Shown one piece after another: positions 9,666-18,747 of a stretch of DNA of 64,000 nucleotides (position 1 is its first letter; every line of letters starts with the position of its first letter). The stretch spans positions 407,711-471,710 of the forward strand of contig CAWIVH010000012.1 of assembly GCA_963839475.1 (NCBI GenBank), written 5' to 3'. Origin of the DNA: an uncultured Acidobacteriota bacterium. GTDB lineage: Bacteria; Acidobacteriota; UBA6911. Both the position numbers and the translations under genes were made by a program. The notes beneath the pieces are model-generated. The model searched no databases and was not told the DNA's origin. It was given only the letters and a program-made list of their open reading frames with translations.

Positions 9666-10778
9666 ATGAATCTCTGGGATAAAGTGCGTGGCGAGTTCAT
9701 CGACATCGTCCAGTGGCTGGACGACAGTAATGACACCCTCGTGTACCGCTTCGAACGCTTCAACAACCAGATCAAATACGGAGCACAGCTTACGGTGCGT
9801 GAAGGTCAGGCGGCGGTTTTTGTCAGCGAAGGGCGTATCGCCGACGTGTTCCAGCCCGGCATGTACACCCTGGAGACCAAGAACATCCCCATTCTCAGCA
9901 CTCTCAAAGGCTGGCCGTACGGATTCAACAGCCCTTTCATGGCGGAAGTATATTTCTGCTCCACGCGACAGTTTACAGACCTGAAGTGGGGAACCATGAA
10001 CCCGATCCTATTGCGTGACGCGGAATTCGGGCCGACCCGGATCCGGGCGTTCGGGACCTATGTCATCCGTGTTCATGATCCCGCCGTGCTCATACGGCAA
10101 ATCGTCGGCACGGATGGCCATTTCACAGTGGATGAAATCGTGAACCAGCTTCGTGACCTCATCGTTTCACGATTTCCTGAGATCCTGGGCCAGAGCCGGA
10201 TACCGGTTCTGGATATGGCGGCTAATTACGGTGCCGTCGGCGAGCTCATGACCAAACGGCTTGCGCCCGAGTTTCAGACCTACGGGCTGGATCTCGCCAA
10301 ACTCCTGGTCGAAAACATCTCCTTGCCGCCCGAAGTTGAAGCCGCGCTGGATAAGAGAACCAGCATGGGGATCGTGGGGAACCTTGCAGCCTATACGCAA
10401 TTCAACATTGCCAATTCGATTCCCGACGCCGCGAAGAATCCCGGCGGCCTGGCTGCAGCCGGGGCCGGTGTGGGCATGGGTATGGCCATGGCTGGCCCGA
10501 TCGGACAGGCAATGGCCGGGATGCAAGGGCAAGCCGCTGCCCCGCCGGCAGCGCCGCCCCCCATCCCCGGGAGCGCCACATACTTCGTGGCCGTTGGCGG
10601 CCAGCAGACCGGGCCATTCGATATCCAGACCCTTGCCGCCCAAGCGACCGCCGGACGCCTGACCCCCCAAACCCTGGTCTGGACCCAGGGAATGTCGCAG
10701 TGGACAGCAGCCGGTCAGGTTCCGGGTCTCGCGGCCATATTTGCCAATGTCCCTCCGCCGCTTCCCCCGGGCAGCTAG
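9666..10778 (+). CDS. SPFH/band-7 domain protein (COG4260-like) with a Gly/Ala/Pro-rich linker and a C-terminal GYF-like (DUF4339-type) domain
   Basis: N-terminus MNLWDKVRGEFIDIVQWLD…VYRFERFNNQIKYGAQLTVREGQAAVFV is typical of SPFH proteins annotated as virion-core-protein-like. The C-terminus ATYFVAVGGQQTGPFDIQTLA…LVWTQGMSQWTAAGQVPGL is GYF-like. Start chosen at ATG 9666 rather than the ORF-track 9591. Confidence 0.7.
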   Translation: MNLWDKVRGEFIDIVQWLDDSNDTLVYRFERFNNQIKYGAQLTVREGQAAVFVSEGRIADVFQPGMYTLETKNIPILSTLKGWPYGFNSPFMAEVYFCSTRQFTDLKWGTMNPILLRDAEFGPTRIRAFGTYVIRVHDPAVLIRQIVGTDGHFTVDEIVNQLRDLIVSRFPEILGQSRIPVLDMAANYGAVGELMTKRLAPEFQTYGLDLAKLLVENISLPPEVEAALDKRTSMGIVGNLAAYTQFNIANSIPDAAKNPGGLAAAGAGVGMGMAMAGPIGQAMAGMQGQAAAPPAAPPPIPGSATYFVAVGGQQTGPFDIQTLAAQATAGRLTPQTLVWTQGMSQWTAAGQVPGLAAIFANVPPPLPPGS

Positions 10779-10885
10779 AATCGAATCGGGGACGATCCGG
10801 ACGGCGCAGCATCTACGAGGCACGACCTGGATGAGGGAAAAAGCTTTCCGGAAACAGCTCCTGAGGAACCTATAGGAATTCGAAC

Positions 10886-12001
10886 ATGGAGACAGAGAAC
10901 CCGCCCGCCCCCCCGCCGGATCACCGTCAGTTCCCGTGCAGTAAGTGCGGCGCAAAGCTGAGTTTTGAACCCGGCACCGACGCCTTAAAGTGCCCCTACT
11001 GCGGATTTTCAAACCCAGTTCCAGAGTCCACGGCAGCGGTCGAGGAACTGGACTTCCGCGCCTACCTGGCCCAGGTGGCCGACGAAAAAGAAACCCACGA
11101 AGCTCAGCGTGTCCAATGCGGCAAATGCGGCGCTGAAACGACCCAGCCGCAGGATGCGACGGCCGGACTTTGCCCTTTCTGCGGGGCAAATATGGTCTTT
11201 ACCGGAAAATCCTCTCACCTGATCCGTCCTGAAGGGCTGTTGCCGTTCAAGGTCACTCAGAAAACGGCTTTCGAAGATTTCCGCCAATGGATCAATAAAC
11301 TTTGGTTCGCCCCGGGAGATCTCAAGCGCTATGCCCAGTCGGAGGGAAAGCTGGTCGGCGTCTACGTTCCCTACTGGACCTATGATAGCGATACTACCAG
11401 TGCTTACACCGGGGAGCGGGGTGATTATTACTACACCACGGAGACCTACACCACGACGGAAAACGGGCGTGAGGTAACCCGCACCCGGCAAGTCAGGCAC
11501 ACGCGGTGGACCCCAGCAAGCGGAACTGTGCAGAACTCTTTTGACGACATTCTCATATTAGCCAGCAAATCCCTCCCGCGGAAATACACCGAACAGCTCG
11601 AGCCGTGGGATCTCGAAAATATCGCCTCTTATGCGGATGAATACCTCAGCGGATTTCGAGCCGAAAGCTACCAGATTTCACTTGGCGACGGATTCGAAGA
11701 GGCGAAAGAAGTAATGGCGGCGGCGATCCGAGAAACCATCTGCCGCGATATAGGCGGCGATGAGCAGAGGATTCACTCGTGCGACACGCGGTATGGGAAA
11801 ATCACTTTCAAGCACATTCTCCTTCCGGTCTGGCTGAGCGCCTATCGGTTCCGTGACAAGATTTTCCGGATCCTGATCAACGCGCGAACCGGGGAAGTGC
11901 GCGGGGAACGGCCCTTCAGCGCCTGGAAAATCGCCGGGGCGGTGATCGTGGGACTCATCATCATCGCCATTGTCATCCTGGTCTCAGCTTCCAGCCGCTA
12001 A
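10886..12001 (+). CDS. Double zinc-ribbon protein with a C-terminal transmembrane anchor
   Basis: Two CxxC-N-CxxC ribbons (CSKCGAKL…CPYCG and CGKCGAET…CPFCG), then a C-terminal TM helix AWKIAGAVIVGLIIIAIVILV. Confidence 0.5.
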   Translation: METENPPAPPPDHRQFPCSKCGAKLSFEPGTDALKCPYCGFSNPVPESTAAVEELDFRAYLAQVADEKETHEAQRVQCGKCGAETTQPQDATAGLCPFCGANMVFTGKSSHLIRPEGLLPFKVTQKTAFEDFRQWINKLWFAPGDLKRYAQSEGKLVGVYVPYWTYDSDTTSAYTGERGDYYYTTETYTTTENGREVTRTRQVRHTRWTPASGTVQNSFDDILILASKSLPRKYTEQLEPWDLENIASYADEYLSGFRAESYQISLGDGFEEAKEVMAAAIRETICRDIGGDEQRIHSCDTRYGKITFKHILLPVWLSAYRFRDKIFRILINARTGEVRGERPFSAWKIAGAVIVGLIIIAIVILVSASSR

Positions 12002-12096
12002 ACAAAAAACGGGAACAACCATCGAATTGTCTTCTCGCCAAACCCGATACTGCGAGGATCTTGGCGGAAATTCGGCGGTTGTCCCCGTTTTTTGTT
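12001..12096. terminator. Bidirectional terminator: 20-nt inverted repeat (AACAAAAAACGGGAACAACC / GGTTGTCCCCGTTTTTTGTT) with nested smaller repeats
   Basis: Lies exactly between the stop codons of the convergent genes 10886..12001 (+) and 12103..13521 (-). A/T runs flank both arms. Confidence 0.45.
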
Positions 12097-12102
12097 GGAA
12101 GC

Positions 12103-13521
12103 CTAGACCTGTTCCGGCACCGTGTAGGGAGCCCGGTAGGCGCCGCGCAGCAGCTTGTTGGCTTCGTCGTCGCCGATCACCTGCTCTTTCGCCGCATCAA
12201 AGTTGAGCACCCGGCCCAGCCGGTAGGAAATATTCCCCAGGTGCATCAGGGTGCAGGAAATGTGGCCCTCTTCAATCGGAGCGTTCTGATTCTCCTTTTT
12301 GCGGCTGCGAACGCATTCGATGAAGTTTTCCCAGTTGTTTCCGCCGGCCTTCAGCTGCGGGCCCGGTTCCTGATCCTGTCCCAGCCAGGTCTTGTAGGAG
12401 TCATACCCGTCCATTGCCATGTAGCCCTTGGAGCCGTAAAAAATGTTGCCGATGGTGTTTGGGTCGGCTTTCTTCCGTCGGGCTTGTCCTTCGGCCGCAT
12501 TTCCCAGGGCCGCGGGAACGCCGCTGCTGCCAAAGGCCGGAGTTCCGATTTCGGCTTCGTGGTTGGACATCCAGTGGCGGACTTCAAACTGTAGAATTTT
12601 GGTTTTGCCGTCCGCGGTTTTGAATTCGTAGGCCACATTCAGCATGTTGGGGGTTTCCTGGTCGTCGTCGAACATCACATGACCGCCAATGGCGGCCACC
12701 TTGTTGGGAAAGGTAACGCCGAGCCCCCAGCGTGCGACGTCGAGCTCATGGATTCCCTGGTTGCCGAAGTCGCCGTCGCCGGTATCCCAGATCCAGTGCC
12801 AGTTATAATGGAAACGGTTCTTGGTGAACGGTTTCATGGGCGCCGGGCCCGTCCACAGTTCATAGTTGACGCCTGCCGGTACGGGTTCCTGCTGTGCTTT
12901 TCCGATGGTGTTGCGCCATTTGTAGCAGAGCCCGCGGGACATGTACACGTCACCGATCAAGCCCTCTTTCATTTTCTGGATGCCTTCAATAACGGCCTTG
13001 CCGGAGCGGCTGTTGGTGCCATGCTGGACGATACGGTTGTACTTCTGAGCCGCCTTCACCAGCTGGCGGCTCTCAAACCACCGGTGGGACATCGGCTTTT
13101 CCACATAAACATCTTTTCCCGCCTGCACGCCCCATATGGCTTGAAGAGAATGCCAATGGTTGGGGGTCGCGATCGAAATTGCATCGATCGTTTTGTCCTC
13201 AAGAAGCTTTCGCAGATCGACAAAGGTCGCCGGCTTTTTGAGATTCATTTTCTCCATTTTGCCGAGCGCTTCTTTGGTTACGTTATCGTCTATGTCGCAG
13301 ATGGCTGCAATCTCAACATTCGCGAGCTTCGAGTACTGCTGCACATGGGCCCAACCCTGCCCGTGCAATCCGACCACTGCAACCCGAACCCTGTCGTTGG
13401 CCCCGAATACCCTTTGAGGCTGGGTAAAAAAACTGATCCCTCCGAGAGCAGCCAGACCCGCTCCGCTTTTCGCACTGTTTTTGATGAAATCTCTCCTGGT
13501 GACTTCAGATTCGTTAGACAT
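12103..13521 (-). CDS. Gfo/Idh/MocA-family NAD(P)-dependent oxidoreductase, Tat-secreted
   Basis: Tat motif TRRDFIKNSAKSGAGLAALGG. Rossmann N-terminus VRVAVVGLHGQGWAHV. Typical Gfo/Idh/MocA length and motifs. Confidence 0.85.
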   Translation of the reverse strand: MSNESEVTRRDFIKNSAKSGAGLAALGGISFFTQPQRVFGANDRVRVAVVGLHGQGWAHVQQYSKLANVEIAAICDIDDNVTKEALGKMEKMNLKKPATFVDLRKLLEDKTIDAISIATPNHWHSLQAIWGVQAGKDVYVEKPMSHRWFESRQLVKAAQKYNRIVQHGTNSRSGKAVIEGIQKMKEGLIGDVYMSRGLCYKWRNTIGKAQQEPVPAGVNYELWTGPAPMKPFTKNRFHYNWHWIWDTGDGDFGNQGIHELDVARWGLGVTFPNKVAAIGGHVMFDDDQETPNMLNVAYEFKTADGKTKILQFEVRHWMSNHEAEIGTPAFGSSGVPAALGNAAEGQARRKKADPNTIGNIFYGSKGYMAMDGYDSYKTWLGQDQEPGPQLKAGGNNWENFIECVRSRKKENQNAPIEEGHISCTLMHLGNISYRLGRVLNFDAAKEQVIGDDEANKLLRGAYRAPYTVPEQV

Positions 13522-13749
13522 GAAAGCGATCGCTCCTTTCTAATAGTGGACGGATTATACCCCATCCCTTCGGTAATCCGGGCTTTTCATCCTTTTAAAA
13601 AGTGCTGATGCAAGGAAATTGAAGCCCTGGGAGGCAGCTCGCCCCGTAGTTCTTGACTGGGGGGCAAGGTTGCTTTACCTTCGAGCTCGGGATTGCGGCT
13701 TCCCCGGCGGAAGCCTGGCCAAACGCCCCATATTCAAAAGGAGTCATTC

Positions 13750-14631
13750 ATGAATCGAAGGGAGTTTCTTCACACATTCAGTGCCGCGGCGACAGTTCTT
13801 CCCTGCGCGTTATCCACTGCGTCCGCCATGAAGAAAGGGGTGCGGTGGCCGGTAGGCTGTTTCAACCGTCCCTGGACGGCATGGAGCCTGGATGAACAGT
13901 TGGCCGGTGTCAAAGCTGCCGGCTACGGTCTTACCGGACTGCTCAGCCGCACCAAGAGTGAGCCTTTCATCGCATCCAATGCAACGCCCGAATATCTCGC
14001 AAACATCAAAAAGTTGCTGAAAACCCACAGGCTGAAGGCGAACATGGGAGCGCTCAGTTCGCGCCATACGATTCCCCTGGAAGAGTCGATCGCGGACGTG
14101 AGGAAGCAGGTCGACAACGCCGCGTTTCTCTCCCTGGAATTTGTGCTCAGCTTCGGAGTGGATCGCCCGGAGCAGGTGGATCATTACTTCAAGGTGATGT
14201 CGGCGGCTGCCGCTTACGCCCAAAAGAAAAAGGTGAAACTGGTAATGAAGCCACACGGGGGCAGCAGCGGGGCCGCGGATGAAATTCTGCGCTCCATCGA
14301 AAAGGTGGCCCACCCGAATTTCAAAATCTGGTATGACGCGGGCAACATCATCCATTACACCGGGAAAGACCCCGTTACGGAACTCAAGCCCGTGGCAAAA
14401 TACGTCACCGGATTCTGCGCCAAGGACTGCGGGCAGCTCAAGGGTGACGTCATGATCCAGTTCGGAACCGGCAAAGTCAATTTCAAGGCTGTTTTTGACG
14501 TGCTGAAACAATCCGGCTTCAAAGGCCCGGTCATGGTCGAATGCTGCGCGCTCGACAAATCGAAGGATACAGTGACCGCCAACGCAAAGGCGAATCGCGA
14601 GTTTCTGGAAAAGGTCCTGGCCGAAGTTTGA
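13750..14631 (+). CDS. Sugar-phosphate isomerase/epimerase (xylose-isomerase-like TIM barrel), Tat signal
   Basis: AAAGGAG SD before ATG 13750. MNRREFLHTFSAAATVLPCALS Tat-like leader. Motifs …KIWYDAGNIIHY…, …VMVECC… typical of the AP-endonuclease-2 / xylose-isomerase-like family. Confidence 0.75.
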   Translation: MNRREFLHTFSAAATVLPCALSTASAMKKGVRWPVGCFNRPWTAWSLDEQLAGVKAAGYGLTGLLSRTKSEPFIASNATPEYLANIKKLLKTHRLKANMGALSSRHTIPLEESIADVRKQVDNAAFLSLEFVLSFGVDRPEQVDHYFKVMSAAAAYAQKKKVKLVMKPHGGSSGAADEILRSIEKVAHPNFKIWYDAGNIIHYTGKDPVTELKPVAKYVTGFCAKDCGQLKGDVMIQFGTGKVNFKAVFDVLKQSGFKGPVMVECCALDKSKDTVTANAKANREFLEKVLAEV

Positions 14632-14697
14632 CCCCGTGGCCCGGCAGATTCCGTATCGGGAACCGGAAAAAGTGGATAGGTCCACTGGCGGGATGGA

Positions 14698-15549
14698 ATG
14701 GAAGAAACCTGGATCGACTGCGGCAGTGTCAGTCTCCATGCCGTAACCGACGGGCCCATGACCGGGCCGCCGGTTATTCTGCTGCACGGCTTCCCTGAAT
14801 TCTGGCGGGGATGGGTGAGGCAGATTCCCGCCCTGGCAGACGCAGGATATCGTGTGATTGCTCCCGACCAGCGGGGCTACAACCTGTCCGACAAGCCCAA
14901 GGGCGCAAAAAACTACGAGATCAGGCGCCTCGTGGCTGATCTCCTGGGTCTCATGGATGCCCTGGGAATTAAGAGTGTGCGCCTGGCCGGGCATGACTGG
15001 GGAGCGGCGGTGGCATGGGCTGCCGCGCTTTGGCATCCGGACCGGGTGGAAAAGTTGGCAATTCTGAATGTCCCCCACCCTGCGGTCATGCTGAGATTCC
15101 TGAGCCGCAGCCCGAAGCAGATGATGCGCAGCTGGTATATCGTTTTCTTTCAGCTGCCCTGGTTTCCGGAGCTTCTCTTACGGTCGGGTAATTTCAGGGC
15201 GGCAGCGTGGGCCGTTCAATCGACCAGCCGTCCAGGCACCTTCAGCGGCGAGGACATGGACCACTATAAAAAGGCATGGTCCCAGCCTGGCGCTTTGACT
15301 TCGATGATTCACTGGTATCGTGCCCTGCTCCGAGGCAGGCCGCCGCTCCCGAAGGATCCGCGGATCGAGGTGGAGACCCTGATCCTCTGGGGAAGCCGCG
15401 ACACCTTTCTCGGAAGGGAGATGGTGCAGCCGTCCCTGGACCTGTGCAATAAAGCCCGGGTTGTATTTTTTGAAAACGCGACTCATTGGGTCCAGCACGA
15501 GGAGGCAGCCGAAGTCAACCGGCGCCTGATTGAGTTTTTCAGCCGTTGA
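14698..15549 (+). CDS. Alpha/beta hydrolase (epoxide-hydrolase / haloalkane-dehalogenase-like)
   Basis: ILLHGFPEFWRGW (HGxP oxyanion motif) and the nucleophile motif GHDWGA. Confidence 0.75.
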   Translation: MEETWIDCGSVSLHAVTDGPMTGPPVILLHGFPEFWRGWVRQIPALADAGYRVIAPDQRGYNLSDKPKGAKNYEIRRLVADLLGLMDALGIKSVRLAGHDWGAAVAWAAALWHPDRVEKLAILNVPHPAVMLRFLSRSPKQMMRSWYIVFFQLPWFPELLLRSGNFRAAAWAVQSTSRPGTFSGEDMDHYKKAWSQPGALTSMIHWYRALLRGRPPLPKDPRIEVETLILWGSRDTFLGREMVQPSLDLCNKARVVFFENATHWVQHEEAAEVNRRLIEFFSR

Positions 15550-15651
15550 ATGATCTCGGCTGAGGGGAGATTCAATGCAATTGCATTGGCGGCGGGCCCG
15601 AGCGTATTATGGCAACTCTCCCCAACATCACGCTGAGGGTCTGGAGGTTTT

Positions 15652-16707
15652 ATGAGTCAAAGCTTGGACCGCCGTCAGTTCATAAAAATCACATCTGCCG
15701 CCGGCATCGCGGGATCCGTTGTGCAGCCTGGCAGCGGAATGCAGGCTTCTGCCGCAAAGGCAGCGGTTCCTTGCGTCATATCCAGCCTGAATGGCATGCA
15801 GGCCACCGCCAAAGCCATGGAGATCTTGAAGAGTGGAGGAAAACCGCTGGATGCCGTGATTGCCGGCGTGAACATCGTCGAGGATGACCCGAACGATCAC
15901 AGTGTCGGATATGGAGGGCTTCCCAACGAGGAAGGAGAGGTGGAGCTGGACGCGAGTGTCATGGACGGGTTGACCTGCCGCTGCGGCGCGGTCGGGGGGC
16001 TCAAGAATATCAAGAATCCTTCCAAGGTTGCGCGCATGGTGATGGAGAGAACCGATCACATCTTCCTCGTAGGGGAAGGAGCGCTTCAATTCGCTTTGCG
16101 CATGGGATTCAAAAAAGAAGAGCTCCTGACCGAATTCTCCAGGCAGAGATGGGTGGAGTGGCGCTCGAAGCTGTCGAACAGCGACGCCTGGCTCACGGAG
16201 AGCGAGGCGGAAACCGATCTTGCCCCGGTAATGAAAACTCATGGCACTATCAATTGCCTGGCCATTGACTCCAAATGGAATATAGCCGGCACAACCACCA
16301 CCAGCGGGCTATCCTGGAAAATCCCCGGCCGCGTGGGCGATTCTCCAATCATCGGCGCTGGATTGTATGTCGACAACGAGGTCGGCGCCGCCGGCTCGAC
16401 AGGGCGGGGCGAAGCCAACATCAAGGTCTGCGGCGCTCACTCCGTCGTCGAGCTGATGAGGCAGGGAAAGTCGCCGGAGCAGGCCTGTCTCGAGGTGCTG
16501 CAGCGGGTGGTCAAAACAACCCGAGAAAAGAGGCTTCTTTTTCCTGACGGCAAGCCCAATTTCAACATCACATTTTATGCCTTGAACAAGAAAGGGGAAT
16601 ACGGATCCGCCTCGCTCTATCCTTCGAAGTACTGTGTGAACACAGGAGGGGAAAGCAAATCCCTGGCAACAGCCTTCCTCCTGAAGCGCGACAAAAATCC
16701 GGAGTAG
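15652..16707 (+). CDS. Ntn-hydrolase, asparaginase-2 family (glycosylasparaginase / isoaspartyl peptidase-like), Tat-secreted
   Basis: Tat motif DRRQFIKITSAAGIAGS. HGTINCLAID followed by a GTTTTSG autoproteolysis site. GAGLYVDNEVGAAGSTGRGE. Confidence 0.8.
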   Translation: MSQSLDRRQFIKITSAAGIAGSVVQPGSGMQASAAKAAVPCVISSLNGMQATAKAMEILKSGGKPLDAVIAGVNIVEDDPNDHSVGYGGLPNEEGEVELDASVMDGLTCRCGAVGGLKNIKNPSKVARMVMERTDHIFLVGEGALQFALRMGFKKEELLTEFSRQRWVEWRSKLSNSDAWLTESEAETDLAPVMKTHGTINCLAIDSKWNIAGTTTTSGLSWKIPGRVGDSPIIGAGLYVDNEVGAAGSTGRGEANIKVCGAHSVVELMRQGKSPEQACLEVLQRVVKTTREKRLLFPDGKPNFNITFYALNKKGEYGSASLYPSKYCVNTGGESKSLATAFLLKRDKNPE

Positions 16708-16722
16708 CCGGCCGGCGACGAG

Positions 16723-17382
16723 ATGGACACACCCACCCTCAACAAGGTCCTGGGAATCCTGCGGCGCGAGATCCGGAATTGGAAGGTGCCCGCGGTCGGC
16801 GCCATAGCCGGCGAGGCGATCGACCGGCCCTTTGAAACCCTCATCAGCACCATCCTGTCTCTCCGCACCAAGGACAAAGTGACCATGGAAGCCTCCAGGA
16901 GGCTTTTATCGATAGCCCCACATCCGGCTGGGATCGTCGGACTGACGGCGCGCCGGATCGAAAAATTGATCTATCCTGCCGGTTTCTACCGCACCAAGGC
17001 TCGGAATCTCAGGGAAACCTGCCGCCTTCTGATCGAAAAACATGAAGGTAAAGTTCCGCGCTCGTTGGAAGAGCTCCTGCGGCTGCCCGGTGTCGGAAGG
17101 AAGACGGCGAACCTCGTTCTCACACTGGGCTTTGGCGACTACGGCATTTGTGTCGACACCCACGTGCATAGGATTTCCAATCTATGGGGCTACGTGGAAA
17201 CTTCGGAGCCGGATGAGACGGAATTTGCGTTGCGGGAAAAGCTCCCCCGCAGGCATTGGAAAACCTACAACGACCTTCTGGTCACCTTCGGCCAAAACCT
17301 GTGCGTGCCGGTGTCCCCCTGGTGCAGCAGGTGCCCTGTCGAGCGTTATTGCGAAAAGCGAGGGCTCGTCCGCCATCGATGA
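16723..17382 (+). CDS. nth: Endonuclease III (HhH-GPD DNA glycosylase with 4Fe-4S cluster)
   Basis: HhH LPGVGRKTANLVL, catalytic region CVDTHVHRI, and a C-x6-C-x2-C-x5-C cluster (CVPVSPWCSRCPVERYC). Confidence 0.85.
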   Translation: MDTPTLNKVLGILRREIRNWKVPAVGAIAGEAIDRPFETLISTILSLRTKDKVTMEASRRLLSIAPHPAGIVGLTARRIEKLIYPAGFYRTKARNLRETCRLLIEKHEGKVPRSLEELLRLPGVGRKTANLVLTLGFGDYGICVDTHVHRISNLWGYVETSEPDETEFALREKLPRRHWKTYNDLLVTFGQNLCVPVSPWCSRCPVERYCEKRGLVRHR

Positions 17383-17383
17383 T

Positions 17384-18622
17384 TCAGCGCTCGCGCGCCG
17401 GTTCCGGATGAATACGGATGTTCCGCCAGGCAAGAAAGTAGAGGCAGAGGAAAAGGAGGGCGTTGAAGAAAAAAACCGTTCGCAGATCAATGTGGGTGAG
17501 GATCCCCGCCGCCAAAGGGCCGAGGGCGCCGCCCAGCAGCGCCGAGCTCGACAGAATCGAGAAAGAAGTTCCACGGGTCTCCGCAGGTATGATCCGGCTT
17601 CCCAGCGTGTAGACCACGACCATGCAGCCGCCGGCCAGAAGCCCTAACACGAGACGCAGGCCCATCAGCTGTGAGGCGGACCAGACCAGCCCCATTGGAA
17701 GACAAGCCAGGAAACCTCCGCCCAGCCGCCAGAGCAGCAGTTTGCGAGGTGCCGTAGTGCGCAGCCGGTTCCCCATGACACTGGCCGATACGGCTTCTGC
17801 CAGCAATCCCACGGAAATGATGAAGCCGGCGGTCTTGGCCGCATGCGCGGTACTGGTTCCGAGCGCAAGTACAAATAGCGGGACAACCGGTCCGAAGCCA
17901 CGCTCGATGAAATTGACGGTGAACATTATGGCGATCATGGTCCCGAACGACGGAAGCGATACAGCTTCCTTCAGGCTGATTCTGCGCTCCACCTCATTCT
18001 TGCCCGAGGTGTTTTCCTGGTCCGATCCTTCCCGGTACAGGAAATGAATCATTCCAAAAGCCCCCAATCCACAGGCAGCGCTGATCAGGCAGGTGTTTCG
18101 GATCCCTATCCAGTCGGCCAGGAGACCGCCGACAATCGGTCCGACGGCAGACGACATCATTTGCACCGTCTGCAGCCCCCCGATCGAGCGGCTGACGTGA
18201 TCCCGGGGCGTTGCGGACACGACCATCGGCATCGCTAAAGTCTGGAATCCACCCAGTAACCCGAGCATGATCCGTAACCAGAGCAGATCGTAGGGATTGC
18301 GCGCGAAACCGAATAATCCCCAGTGAAGCGCGATTGCCAGAGAACAACGCTCGACCATGATCTTCATGCCATGACGGTCGCCCAGCTTCCCCCAGGCGGG
18401 GGCAAGAAGCGAGGCCAGAAGCGGTGCAATGGTCATGAGGAGACCTGCCCAACTGGCAATCGAAGCCTCGCCCTTCACGCCGAGATCACGCACATAAAGG
18501 GGCAGAAAGGGCATGACGAACGTAAAGCCGGCGAAAACCATTGCAGCCGCGATATTGATTGCCAGCCGGTTTCGGCGCCATTGTTCTGCTGGAAAGGAAA
18601 ATCGGATCCGGGCAAACCTCAT
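17384..18622 (-). CDS. MFS transporter
   Basis: 12-TM profile with an MFS-type loop (GKLGDRHGMK). Start chosen at MRFARIRF (18622); the ORF is open in frame up to 18739. Confidence 0.75.
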   Translation of the reverse strand: MRFARIRFSFPAEQWRRNRLAINIAAAMVFAGFTFVMPFLPLYVRDLGVKGEASIASWAGLLMTIAPLLASLLAPAWGKLGDRHGMKIMVERCSLAIALHWGLFGFARNPYDLLWLRIMLGLLGGFQTLAMPMVVSATPRDHVSRSIGGLQTVQMMSSAVGPIVGGLLADWIGIRNTCLISAACGLGAFGMIHFLYREGSDQENTSGKNEVERRISLKEAVSLPSFGTMIAIMFTVNFIERGFGPVVPLFVLALGTSTAHAAKTAGFIISVGLLAEAVSASVMGNRLRTTAPRKLLLWRLGGGFLACLPMGLVWSASQLMGLRLVLGLLAGGCMVVVYTLGSRIIPAETRGTSFSILSSSALLGGALGPLAAGILTHIDLRTVFFFNALLFLCLYFLAWRNIRIHPEPARER

Positions 18623-18747
18623 AAGGGTGAAAATTGTAGCATGCCCGGACTCCATAGCCTGGAGGTCTTGGTGATCTTTGCATTTCCGTACTTGGACGAA
18701 CTGAAGCGCAGGGCAGGTTGTGCCCGCATGGTCCGCCATGTATCATT

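Noticed and set aside
10167-11189. 340-aa minus-strand ORF spanning the end of the SPFH gene and the start of the Zn-ribbon gene
   Set aside because: Crosses an intergenic region and two plus-strand genes with clear motifs. Arg/Pro/Gly-rich and low-complexity.
13810-15078. 422-aa minus-strand ORF
   Set aside because: Antisense across two plus-strand genes (sugar-phosphate isomerase and epoxide-hydrolase-like) that have signal peptides, SDs and family motifs.
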